Below are positions 28,467 to 40,407 of a stretch of 64,000 nt of DNA, piece after piece (position 1 is the stretch's first letter; every line of letters begins with the position of its first letter). Under the pieces are notes generated by a model, which made no database searches, had not been told where the DNA came from, and saw only the letters and a program-made list of their open reading frames with translations. Both the position numbers and the translations under genes were made by a program. Origin of the DNA: Octopus sinensis (lineage: Eukaryota). The stretch covers positions 45,136,001 to 45,200,000 of the forward strand of contig NC_042997.1 of the NCBI RefSeq assembly GCF_006345805.1. The letters run 5' to 3'.

Positions 28467-29018
28467 TACACATACATATATATACACACATATATATATA
28501 CATGTGTGTGCATAGATAGATAGGCAAGGTCCCAAAGTGTTTCATGGACAGTTATTTCTGATATATATATATATATATATATATCACGTGATCACGTGAC
28601 CGACCAGACCATCAGATGTTGCTACACATCGCTGGTCACAATGCGTTCGCATTGTTTTAGCCTTCGAATGACGCCACCCCGCTGGCTAAGCGAGCAGGCC
28701 ATATATATATACACATATATATATATGTGTTATATATACATACCCACCCATACACACACACACACACACACCTTTTGTATATGTATGTATATATATATAT
28801 ATATATCCCTTGTATATAGTGTAAGATAGATTTATTAATCTTCATTCTTGTACAACAGATTCCTGGATCCCATAGACAAATAGAAAATGGTGTAAATAAT
28901 GTCAGATTGAAAGTTGTCATAGCATTGGCCTGACTGCAGCAAGTTTAAGACAAATCTTCAATATCTCTATCAGTACCTATCGACATTGACGTCAATAATG
29001 ATAATAGTAACAATGATA

Positions 29019-29051
<33 letters not shown>

Positions 29052-30084
29052 AACATCATCTTGAATTCATAGAATTTACAATACTACAGCAGAATGAGAA
29101 AATTTGCCTTCCAAATTCAATTATACCACTTTATTTACACAGCAATCTCTTCTTTTTGATTAAGTTTTATATCAATAAGCACTTTGAAGAATTCTTTGAA
29201 ATACTTCAGAAAATTAAAGAAATTGACTAAAGGAGGGAAGCCTTTACAGTGTCCAATATCTGGCTGTATGTAATATTACAATGGTTAGTATGATGACAAC
29301 GGTCTATCTCAAATAAGGGAAAATTTAAGATGATATCAGTGATGATGGTGATGACGATGATGTGTGGAAGAAGAAAGACATCGGCGAATTTTGTTTAGCA
29401 TAAAACAGATTACAAAATGATGATAAGAATAATGACCAAGTATGTAATAGAGTGAATACAGCTCACTTTCATAAACTAGCTAATTAACCTTATAGCAAAA
29501 ATTATGAACACTTCAAAACACAATTTTATTTCCTAGTGGATTTGAAAGCCAAATTTATCCAATTTCCTAATAAAGGAGAAACTATCACCAATGGAAAAAA
29601 GTTTCATTTTTTTCCTCCTACAATTTGATTTTATTCTCAAGATGATGTGCATAGTTAATTTTCATTTAATCCTGTTCTTTTGCCATTCTTGCATTTCTTC
29701 CTTTCTTTCCCCCCCCTTTTTTTTTGCAGCTATAAATCTTCAACCAAGTAAAACTAATAATTTCTCATAGGGAGAAATTATTGTCTTGTCATAAAGATGC
29801 TTGTTTTTGTCTACATAAATTTTGGTGGAATGGTTTTTGTTTTTGATTATGCAATAATTCAATCATTCCAAATACCATATTAAACTTTATGCAAAACATC
29901 AAATTTATTTACTTACAATATGTCCAATTGAGATTTTTTAATATTTTTCTTGGATCTGCTTAAATTACTAATTCTGAATACTACCTCTCCAAATTTATGA
30001 GTTTCCAAACTACGTGTCCTTTGGATCTATGAAAACAAGCAGTTTTGATGACTAACACTACCCCTTAAGATATATATGTGTATA

Positions 30085-30813
30085 TAGTTTGAGTTTGTGC
30101 TAGTCAGAAGTACTACTGATCCTATCTTCCTAGTAAAACTGTAAATGCCATGCACAAGAATACTGTCAGTAAGTTAGCAATGAATACAGCATCGAATTTA
30201 GTGTACAGGTAGGAGTTCACGAAGGACCAGTTCTCAGCCTCCTTATGTTTATCAGAATCTTCCAGGCCATGACAAAAATATTTAAGACTGGTTCCTCTTG
30301 AGAGATCCTCAACACTGATCTTGTTCTTAAAATTTAATCTCTTCTACAATTAAGGAATAAAATTCAAATCTGTAAGTCCTAATAAGTAGGAAAGCAGACA
30401 AATTACAAATCCCTTCAGTGAGAAGGCCCTGCATGATTATATAGAAAAGGTGTAGGTAGAAATTCTATATTGTGTACCTAGTGCAAGCTATGGACACATA
30501 AGAGGTGCAACAGTGTCATATGAAGGTTAACAGAGAAAGTAGTCTTTACATGTGACTGATGTGCAGCTACAATGAATACTAAGAATGTACAGGAAATGAA
30601 CTTCCTCCAATGTCCAGGGGATCCATAGAAGTATTAGACAGCTTCAGTTACCTTGGTGACCAAGTTAGTTTAATAGTGGAGAAAGATGAACTGAAAGTAT
30701 AGTTGCTAGAATAAGAACAGACTGGGTAAAGTTTGGAGAGTCACTAGTTTTTTGATAAATGGCTTCTCTCTCAGAGTGAAAGGAAGATGTTATGATGCTT
30801 GTGTATGGACAGC
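30085..30813 (+). mobile_element. RTE LINE relic, 5' part (split by a gypsy insertion)
   Basis: RSTTDPIFLV, EFSVQVGVHEG, DSFSYLGDQ and LRVKGRCYDACVWTA; the frame resumes at 33710 with AMLHGSETW. Confidence 0.8.
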
Positions 30814-31198
30814 TGTTGTGGAGATTTCTGGCATCTAAATCTGCCCAAAGGAAATTGCTGGCATGCGAATCTGTCCAACAGAATCAAATGGAATGTTGTA
30901 GAACTCTAGAATGTTTTAATGGCTTACTGCTATTATAAGCTGAGATGGTAGAGGGTCATTACTCTTTTTTGCTTTTGTTTTTTCTTGTTATACACTGCTT
31001 GAAAGACAGATAATAAACTCATCTGAAGTATCACTTGTCCTTCTTTGTGAGGGAATGAGAGATGTTGATAATACAATTATTTGAAAGGTAAACAACAAGT
31101 TTTGCCCATAAACTTCTGTCTTTCTATATTTCTGATATCAGTTAAGTTGTTTTGTCAAGAGTTTTACAGATTATAATTCTTTATTTTATCTGATAATA

Positions 31199-32093
31199 TG
31201 AGGTCTGATCAATAAGTATCTAGACTGTTGCCATAGTAATGAAGCTAAAGCATGCAGAGTAAAGCTGATTGGCACAGATTGACTTTGAACTCTGCTGTGC
31301 ATGCACACAAAGTTTTAACATTCTAGCTCACTTCTGCTGTTTACAGCAGTGCTTGGAAGGAAGGTATGTAGCATGTGATCATTGCATTGACCATGACAGA
31401 GAAGGTTGTCATGGTGATACCTGCTCAGAGGCTACTGCAAGTTTGCAGAAAGTGTACGGAGAGGAGTGTATGAGCTGCACACAAATGTACGAGTGGTTCA
31501 GGTGTTTTCAGGATGGTCAAAAAAAAAAAAAATGTCAATATAGACGAATGTTCTTGGAGACCCACAACCAGTAGAACTGAGAAAACATCACAGTTGTGTG
31601 TACAGCTGTGATGGAAAATTGTCAAATCACTATCTGTTAGTTATCAGACGATGTACAGATTAGTTACAGTTCAGTTCAGTCCATTATCACTGAGGATTTT
31701 GGGTATGAGAGGCGTGTCTGCCAAGTTTGTGCCCAAACTGCTTTCAGCTGACCAAAAAGACACCCGGGTTTCAGTTGCACAAGATCTCCTTCATTGTGCC
31801 GAGAATGATAAAAACATTTTGAAAACTTTGTGTAGGCTTCTGGGCAAGTATTGCCAAGCTTTTGGCAAAATTTGATACTGATTCTCTGCTCAACTTTCTC
31901 TATCATGGTCAATGCAACGATCACACGCTACACATGATCCTTCCAAGCAGTGCTGTAAACAGTGGAAGTGAGTTAGAACATTAAAACTTAGTGCACGTAC
32001 ACAGCAGAGTTCAAGGTCATTCTGTGCCAAGCAGCTTAACTCTGCAAGCTTTAGCTTTATTACTATGGCAACAGTCCGAATTGATTGGACCAT
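31199..32093. mobile_element. Mariner-derived element made of two inverted 5' ends
   Basis: TA|TGAGGTCTGATCAATAAGT terminus; transposase N-terminus on both strands (ATASLQKVYGEECMSCTQMYEWFRCF on +; MIEKVEQRISIKFCQKLGNTC on -); about 200-250 bp inverted arms. Confidence 0.8.
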
Positions 32094-32160
32094 ATATAAT
32101 AGTCAGTGTTTTACTGTAAGCTTGACAGCAATGGCAGAACAAAGTGGTGAGTGAATAAAG

Positions 32161-33096
32161 TTGCTCACACAACAATTTCAGAGGAAACAAATGGAGGGAC
32201 AGGCTCAGCAGCACAAAGAAGACATGGAAAGTTTGATTCATGTTCAAATTTCTGAAAAGGATTCCAGTCCAAGTTTTTGTCTTTCAACTTCTTCAACTGC
32301 TATCCCACTATTTGCTGCTTTTGATTCAACAATAGAATTATGGCTTGATTACCAGTCGAGATTCTGCAATTTTGTTGTGGCCAATACTGTGCCTGATCAG
32401 CACAAGGTTCAAGTTTTTTTGACAAATCAAACCGTTACCATCTATAAACAAATGGTGAACCTTGCTATTCAACAGAATCCGCCCAAGGATATTAACAAGC
32501 TGATGATGGAGGAAATTGTCAATTTTATGAAAGTACAATTCAACCCAAAATGTTCCAAGTTCTGGAGTAACAGGCAACGGAAGCCAGGTGAAACTCTCCA
32601 GGAGCTGGCAGCACATATATGTCAAGGTGCTGCTACCTGTGACTTACCTTCGATCACAGACCCTCAAGATGAAGCTCTCAGACAGAGATTCATATGTTCT
32701 GTCAACAATGACGCTGTCTTGAAGACTCTTTTCAAGATCAAGGACACAGACCTGGATTTTGCCAGTGCTGTCCAAGTCGTGACTGAGACTGAAGATGTGG
32801 TGAAAGTTGCCAAGGCAACTGTTTACAGTTCCAAGACAAGGTCTGTCAACAAGGACAATCAGAACAAGGGTCAATGCAAAAACCACCAGCAGTCTAATTC
32901 CACAGACCCTGAGTTGAAGTGTTACAGATGTGGAAAGGCCCATAAAGTGACAGACTGCCTCCTACAAAGAAGTCAAATGCCCCTCTACCAGCTCTGTTTA
33001 TACAGTGGTAAGCCATTAGAACATTCTGGAGAGTTCTACAACTTTCCATTTCATTCTAATGGACAGACTTGCATGCCAGCAATTTTTATTGGGTAG
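32161..33096 (+). pseudogene. Ty3/gypsy gag ORF (311 codons open; Gag homology ends near 33000)
   Basis: FAAFDSTIELWLDY, FLTNQT, RKPGETLQELAA, DEALRQRFICSVNN and zinc knuckle CYRCGKAHKVTDC. There is an apparent small deletion near FNPK and a frameshift after the knuckle; the last ~30 codons run through an inverted LTR copy. Confidence 0.85.
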
Positions 33097-33584
33097 ATGT
33101 AGATGCTAGCGATCTCCACAACACCTCCCCACCAAAACTGATGCTACACTAAAAGCATCAACAACCAAGTCTCACTCTGGACTTGGGGCTTCTCTTGGAT
33201 TGTCTAGGGTTGCCTGGTCCATACTCTGGTGCAGGTGGTTTGATCTTGGGTAGAAATGGTCTGATCTGTCTCCGAGTTGTGGCACTTCTTTCAGGATCTC
33301 CATTGAATGATTAGTTGGCTGCTTAGCAACAGATCAGACCACTTCTACTCAAGACCAAACTACCTGTATCAGAGTTTAAACTGGACAATCCAAGAGAACA
33401 CCCAAGCCCAGAGAGAGATTTGGTTGTTGATGCTTTCAGTGTAGCATCAGTTTCGGTGGGGAGGTGTTGTGGAGGTCCCTAGCATCTAAATCTACCCAAT
33501 AAAAATTGCTGGCATGTGAATCTGTCCAATAAAATCGAATGGAAAGTTGTAGAACTCTCTAGAATGTTCTAACGGCTTACCACT
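33004..33584. repeat. Long inverted repeat (foldback): arms 33004-33269 and 33329-33584, 59-nt loop
   Basis: The left arm is the reverse complement of the pol-tail/PPT/first ~120 bp of the 3' LTR; roughly 85-90% identical by eye. Confidence 0.9.
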
Positions 33585-33709
33585 AAAAAAGCAGAGCTGG
33601 TAGAGGGGCATTTCTCCTTTTGCTTTTGTCTTTTCTTGTTAGACACAGTTTGAGAGAAGATAATAAACCTATCGTGGTATCACTGTGAGTGAATGAGAGA
33701 AGCACAACA

Positions 33710-34915
33710 GCAGCTATGCTACATGGTAGTGAAACATGGGCTGTAACTGTAGAAGACATGTGGAGGCTTGAGAGAAATGAAGCCAGTATGCTTTGCTGGA
33801 TGCACAATGTCAGTGTAAATGTTTTAAGAGAAAAAGTGGGCATAAGAGGCAACAGATGTGATGTGCAAGAGGGAAGGAAGACTGTGCCGGTATGGTCATA
33901 GGATGAGTATGGATGAAGTTAGCTGCATAAAGAATTGCCAATCCCTAATTGTGGAGAGAACATGTGGCAGAAGCAGACTCAGGGAGATCTGGGATGAAGT
34001 TGTGAGAAATGATCTTTAGACGTTGAGCCTCACAGGGATGACAATATGCTGAGACTCCTGGTGATTTGCGGTGCTTGAGAAGTCATGTCAAGCTAAGTAA
34101 AATCAGGGCCATCCATACATCCAGGCATGTCCTTCATGGCTAGGCCCCACCCCCACAATCTGTCCTTTGTCATATTTCTCCAGCAACCTATCATCCCAAC
34201 ATCACCATCCCATAACTCCTGATCCCCACTCACTGCAGGCGCCCTCTACTCTCCCTCACATGCCTATCTGCACACCCTTCATGCCATTACATACCTACCA
34301 TACCCCACTTCCAACCACTCCAATTTCTTTCACCATCACTTGCTACAGTTACTGCTTCCTCATCACTAAAAATCTCCCGTTACACTCTTATGGAATTCCC
34401 ACCGCTATCCCTTCCGTACCACCTATACTCCTCCTCCCACTGTTTCCTGTGGGTAGTCTCAACCTCTACCGATGTGTCCCCTACACCATCTATTTTTCTC
34501 ACTCTTTCTCCCTGACTGTCTCTCTATATTTCTTTTTAATTCTATCTTGCCTTTCTTTTCCAAGAATCCCCTCTATTGTAAGAGAACAACTTCTGTCCCT
34601 CTATTACACTCTAATCTCCTACTTGGCACACAGACACTTGTCTTGGTTCCACTCCCTTTCCCAGTTGAGTACTTTATGTCTTACAGGTGACTTGGTGACC
34701 CCACAGGTGATGGTGCCACCTAGAAAGTAGCAGTGCCGGTGCCACATGAAAAGAATCCAGTACACCCTATAAAGCGGTGGGCACCAGATGGACATCCAGC
34801 CATAGAAACCATGCCAAAGCAGACAATGGAGCCTGGTACAGTCCTCTGGCTTGCCAGGTCCTGTCGAACCATCCAATCCATGCCAGCAAGGAGGAGGGAC
34901 GTTAAAATGATGATT
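33710..34915 (+). mobile_element. RTE LINE relic, 3' part with pyrimidine-rich 3' UTR and (GAT)n tail
   Basis: AMLHGSETWAVTVEDMWRLERNEASML..., GRSRLREIWDEVV, then the UTR ending ggacgttaaaatgatgat. Confidence 0.8.
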
Positions 34916-35139
34916 TTGATGATATACGTATATTTTAGAGGCGTAGTTGCCAGGCAAGTGATTTCATCTGAGATCATGTGTTGAAGCCAAAAGACTGCAG
35001 CGTCAAAGACACGAAGCTGTGTATTAGTCATTGAAAAACACACAAAGATTGTTAAAATCGCTTAAACATTTATTATTTGTTACTTGGTGTCAAAATTTTT
35101 GTTGCACAAAATGTGACCTGGTCACTAACAAGATTGCAT

Positions 35140-35144
35140 TGTGT

Positions 35145-35176
<32 letters not shown>

Positions 35177-35412
35177 CGTGTGTATATGCATATATAAATA
35201 TGTACATATATATACATATATGTATATATACATATATATACATATATATATATATATATACATATATACATATATGTACATATATGTACATATATATACA
35301 TATATGTACATATATATACATATATGTACATATATATACATATATTATATATACATATATATACATATATATATATATACATATATATCATATATATATA
35401 TACATATGTACG

Positions 35413-35452
<40 letters not shown>

Positions 35453-35868
35453 CATATATATATACATATACATATATATATATATATATATACATATAAA
35501 TGGATGTATATATAGATATATATAAATGTGTATATATATATACACATTTATATATGTGTGTATATGCATATACACATATATATGTACATATGTATATATA
35601 TGCATATGCATATATATACATATGTACATATATATGTGTATATGCATATACACACATATATAAATGTGTATATATATATACACATTTATATATATCTATA
35701 TATACATCCATTTATATGTATATATATATATATATATATACACACACATATATATTATATATACACATATGCATACATATGTATATATATACACATACGT
35801 ATATATATATATATATGTATATATACACACACATATATGAATGTATATATACACTCACACACCCATAT
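35140..35868. repeat. Complex (TA)/(CA)/(TG) low-complexity tract containing a perfect palindrome at 35472-35739
   Basis: Directly visible; identical peptides on both strands in the ORF track. Confidence 0.95.
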
Positions 35869-36007
35869 CATCATCATCATCATCATCGTTTAATGTCCGC
35901 TTTCCATGCTAGCATGGGTTGGACGGTTCAACTAGGGTCTGAGAAGCCAGAAGGCTGCACCAGGCCCAGTCTGATCTGGCAGTGTTTCTACAGCTGGATG
36001 CCCTTCC
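35868..36007 (-). mobile_element. RTE-type 3' terminus with (GAT)n tail
   Basis: catcatcatcgtttaatgtccgctttccatgctagc motif. Confidence 0.8.
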
Positions 36008-36078
36008 ATATATATATATATGTATATATGTATATATATATAACAAAAAATTAAAATTTTGGACATAGTTACGAAAGG

Positions 36079-36117
<39 letters not shown>

Positions 36118-36894
36118 TGGAAAACAAAAATGTTGTAACATTGTCTGTGGGAATTGAATGTCATAACACTAAGTATGTGCACGTATGTGTGTGCACACCT
36201 ATGTTGTTGAGGGTGCTTATCAATCACATAGTTTCAGCATCACCTTAAGCAAGTTTCTTTTACTATAGCCCCAGGCCAACCAAAGCCTTGTAAGTGGATT
36301 CAGTGTATGAATATTGAAGAAGAAGCCTATGGTAATATAATGTGTGTGTGTGTGTTATCTGTGTATGTGTGTCTGTTTGTTTATGTCTGCCACTCGCTTA
36401 TTCAAATGCCATATTGTTCATGAGGTGTTTCTTTTGACATCTTTCCTGTACAAAGGTCAGCAATTTGTTTCATGCCTTTCAAGGTCTATGGAGTTGGAGA
36501 TCCCTTAATTGTAAAACAACTGGCTAGCATCAGGAAGAGCAGTGTAAAATGAAAAAAAAAAATGGGTGTGCCTTTGCATACCGTTTATAAAGAATTCAAA
36601 TTCAGATGTTCCGCTTATACTAACTTGGATGAAAGAAAACTTGAAGAAAATAAAGCAAATCAGTATAAGAAGATACACACACATACATCCCACTTCTAAA
36701 TATGCTGAGGACCAATTTATTGAATTTAATTAAATTACCTGTTTCCAATCTTACTTAGCCTATTTTGATTTGGTTTTAAATCAATAATCATCTTTGAAAA
36801 GTTACTAATTACTTCTGATGGAAGGAATATAACTAATTGCAATTTATTACACTCCGGACACTCATAGAAAATTTAACCCTCTATATTGATCTTT

Positions 36895-37075
36895 AAGGAT
36901 GGCAGAATCGTTAGTGAGTTGGACAAACTGGTTAGCAACATTTCATCCAGCTCTTTTCATTCTGAGTTCAAATTCCACCGAGGTAGACTTTGCCTTTCAT
37001 CCTTTCGGGGTTGATAAAATAAGTATCAGTTGAACACTGGAGTGAGTGTAACCAACTAACTCCCCCCCACCAAAA
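36895..37075 (+). mobile_element. SINE family B
   Basis: ggcagaatcgttag...ctgagttcaaattccaccgaggtagactttgcc. Confidence 0.75.
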
Positions 37076-37077
37076 AA

Positions 37078-37445
37078 ACACCATCCGAGCGTGGCCGTTT
37101 GCCAGCCTCGTCTGGCACCTGTGTCCGTGGCACATAAAAAAAAACACCATCCGAGCATGGCCGTTCGCCAGCCTCGTCTGGAACCTGTGTCCGTGGCACA
37201 TAAAAAAAACACCATCCGAGCGTGGCCGTTCGCCAGCCTCGTCAGGCACCTGTGCTGGTGGCGTGTAAAAAGCACCCACTACACTCACGGAGTGGTTGGC
37301 ATTAGGAAGGGCATCCAGCTGTAGAAACACTGCCAGATCTGACTGGCCTGGTGCAGCCTTCGGGCTTCCCAGATACCCAGTTGAACCGTCCAACCCATGC
37401 TAGCATGGAAAGCGGACGTTAAACGATGATGATGATGATGATGAT
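37078..37445 (+). mobile_element. RTE 3' UTR fragment with three ~58-bp tandem units and (GAT)n tail
   Basis: Unit caccatccgagcgtggccgttcgccagcctcg...ggcacataaaaa repeated, then the terminal motif. Confidence 0.85.
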
Positions 37446-37689
37446 TATTATGAGGGTATATGGCTTAGTGGTTAAGGTGTTGCACTCATGATCTAGCAGT
37501 CATGATTTCGATTCCTAGACTGGGTGGTGTGTTGTGTTCTGGAGCAAAACACCGCATCTCACTTTACCCTGCAATTATGCTGAAACTTGATGCATGGTAC
37601 TCTGTGCATCTGTTCAAACAATGTCGATTTGAAGGAGGGCGTGAGCTAATGTGTGACATGAATATTCAATCACTATGAACAAATCATTT

Positions 37690-37990
37690 GTGCAGGTCGT
37701 TCGGCAAAAGCTGAATGCTCATATGTCATCTTCAGCAGGAAGGACCATCATTTAAGGGTGTTCAATGAAACACTTATGATTCCAGAGGTAAATTATTCAA
37801 ACTCCAAGCAATTCCTCTCAACATATGGGTATGAGGCTTCCCCACTACTTTTACTTGTGATCAGAGATGGACATACCATCAGCCACCAAGGGACGTGTTC
37901 AACTGGTTATGGTCAAACAATTAACAAGCAAATCTGTGGTAATGAGCAGAACATTTGCTGTAACACATCTTTTAGACCAAGACAAAATTT
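37690..37990 (-). mobile_element. (TAA)n-bounded non-coding element, copy 3 (partial)
   Basis: Reverse complement of 21976-22250; abuts a (TTA)n tract. Confidence 0.7.
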
Positions 37991-38025
37991 TATATCTATT
38001 ATTACTATTATTATTTTATTATTAC

Positions 38026-38058
<33 letters not shown>

Positions 38059-38517
38059 TCTTATTAATATTGCAGTACCATATTGAAATCATAAAATTAA
38101 TAATACTTAAGTAGAATGAGAAAATTTAATCCTCCAAATTCAATTACACCACATCATTTACACTGCAGACTCTTCTTCATTAACTTTTATAGCAATAAAC
38201 CACTTTCAAGAAATCTTTGAAATACTTAAAAGTATATGAACAGAGAAAGTAAGAAAAACAATTTAACTGTAAGGCATTTGGTCAAAACATCTGTTTGCAC
38301 CACATTGGTGCTGTTTTTGAATATAATCTGTTCATATGAATATACAGGCAACAGATCTCAGTTTTACTGGGTGGAAGGGAAAAGCAATGATGAGAAAATC
38401 AAGCCTAGCAAACAGGGAATGAAAAACCTTAGTGATTCTAGCGAACAAGGGATGCACTGTATACACACCCATATACAAATATATATATATAAATATCTAT
38501 ATACATATATATATATA

Positions 38518-38702
38518 GGTGGCACGTAAAAAACACCCACTACACTCGTGGAGTGGTTGGCGTTAGGAAGGGCATCCAGCCGTAGAAACACTGCCAGATC
38601 TGACTGGGCCTGACGAAGCCTTCCAGCTTCACAGACCCCAGTTGACCCGTCCAACCCATGCTAGAATGGAAAGCGGACGCTAAACGATGATGATGATGAT
38701 GA

Positions 38703-38744
<42 letters not shown>

Positions 38745-39133
38745 TTTTTTGTTTTTTGTTTTTCCAGTTTCAGCTCTTGAGCTGTGGCCATGCTGGGGCA
38801 CCGCCATTGTGGTGAAAGATTACAGCAGGGATCACCACCCCCTGCCGGAGCCTCGTAGAGCTTTTTAGGTGTTTTCGCTCAATAAACACACACAACGCCC
38901 AGTCTGAGAATCGAAACCGCGATCCTGCGACCGCGAGTCTGCTGCCCTAACCACTAGGCCATATATATATGTGTGTGTGTGTGTGTGTGTATGACGTTAG
39001 GAAGGGCATCCAGCTGTAGAAACACTGCCAGATCAGACTAGAGCCTGGTGCAGCCTCTTGGCTTGCCAGACCCCAGTCGAACTGTCCAACCCATGCTAGC
39101 ATGGAAAACAGACGTTAAACGATGATGATGATG
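38518..39133 (+). mobile_element. Two RTE-type 3' termini (38518-38705, 38993-39133) with SINE fragments between them
   Basis: Each ends in taaacgatgatgatg; a SINE D head lies on the minus strand at 38815-38962. Confidence 0.8.
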
Positions 39134-39204
39134 ATATATATAAATATAGAACTTACTGTTGTCAAGGCTGCTGCATGGCTTTCAATTATAAATAAATAAA
39201 ATAA

Positions 39205-39855
39205 AAATTACACATCGTGTACAGGACATCACCAACAAGTGAAAAATACGTAAACACACCAGAGACAAGTACGGGACAAGATACCAAAAGAAGATAACTC
39301 CTTATCAATTGTCAGACTGTTTATTACTTTTATTTCTTGCTTTTAATGAAAATACAAGGAGTTTAGGTTTTTTTTTCACTCGTTGGTGATGTCCTCTACT
39401 TATTGTGTATATTTTTGATATTTTGTCCTGTTCTTATCTCTCGTGTGCTTACATATTTTTCACTCATTGGTGATGTCCTGTACACAATGTGTACCCATTA
39501 CAATTCGTCCTGGCCTAATGGCTCTTAATGTTTGTGTTCGTTGACTGTTTACTCTCTATGTCCACTCTGTCATTGCTTGTTCATTCAAAGCTTTAACTCT
39601 TCAAAAGTTTTATATTTTAAAAATTTCTGGAAGCTGTTGTCTTATGAAGTTTCCTTATATTGTCATTAAAAGCATGAAATAGGAGTAATAAACAGTCTGA
39701 CAAATGATGAGTTATCTTCTTTTGGTATTTTGTGCTGTACTTTTCTCTCATGTGTTTACATATTTTTCACTTGTTGCTGATGTCCTGTACTTATCTCTCA
39801 TGCGTTTATGTATTTTTCACTCATTGGTGATGTCCTGTACACAATGTGTAATTTT
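39205..39855. repeat. Foldback element with ~47-bp subrepeats (gatgtcctgtac...), possibly a Penelope-like terminal repeat
   Basis: 39205-39345 is the reverse complement of about 39665-39855; further subrepeats at 39375-39495. Confidence 0.7.
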
Positions 39856-40012
39856 TATTTTATATACATACATACATACATATATATATCATTTGTAAGT
39901 TTGCTGCTACAGGTTTTCTATGGAATTCAAAGCCAGTATTGAAAGTTATGATGTTTCATGTAGAAATATGTTTATGTGAACAATGTGATAAAAGAAAAAA
40001 ATATCAGCAATG

Positions 40013-40057
40013 GGTGTATATGCATATTTCAAGAGTTATTGCTCTTTCATCAGCACC
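40013..40057 (-). ncRNA. Type I hammerhead ribozyme motif (minimal, palindromic stem III)
   Basis: GGUG-CUGAUGA-AAGAG(CAAUAA)CUCUU-GAA-AUAUGCAUAU-A-CACC: intact core, stem II, stem I GGUG/CACC, AUA cleavage triplet. Confidence 0.7.
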
Positions 40058-40131
40058 ACATTCAACCCATTAACCATCCACAAACACGGTATTTAAGTAA
40101 TGCATTTGTGGATAGTTGATGGGTTAGATGT

Positions 40132-40176
40132 GGTGCTGATGAAAGAGCAATAACTCTTGAAATATGCATATACATC
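40132..40176 (+). ncRNA. Type I hammerhead ribozyme motif (inverted partner copy)
   Basis: GGUG-CUGAUGA-AAGAG(CAAUAA)CUCUU-GAA-AUAUGCAUAU-A-CAUC; lies within an inverted repeat at about 39915-40265. Confidence 0.7.
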
Positions 40177-40407
40177 TATTTCCTATATTTTCAATCCCAT
40201 TGTTTGCATGAATGTATTCATAAACAAAATTTCATAACTTTCAGTGCTAGTTCTGAATGCTTTAAGAAACGTAAACAGATAATCTTTAAAATGAGAACAT
40301 CACACTGTTAACATAAAAATAATATTGATTTGTAAACCTTCAATATATTTGGTAGTATATTATGGTTGCAAAATGAAATATTGTGTCCTTACTATTAATA
40401 TATATGT

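Larger units (their letters stand above)
30814..33709 (+). mobile_element. Non-autonomous Ty3/gypsy LTR element (LTR - mariner insert - gag - foldback - PPT - LTR)
   Basis: LTRs 30814-~31075 and 33465-33709, both starting TGTTGTGGAG; the 3' LTR ends ACAACA and contains AATAAA. PPT GGTGGGGAGG at 33455-33464. 5-bp TSD acagc (30809-30813) / gcagc (33710-33714). Confidence 0.85.

Noticed and set aside
32161-33096. Domesticated (Arc-like) gag gene
   Set aside because: It is still bracketed by LTRs and a TSD, shows an apparent deletion and a frameshift after the zinc knuckle, and its end is an inverted LTR. The open frame alone does not show selection.
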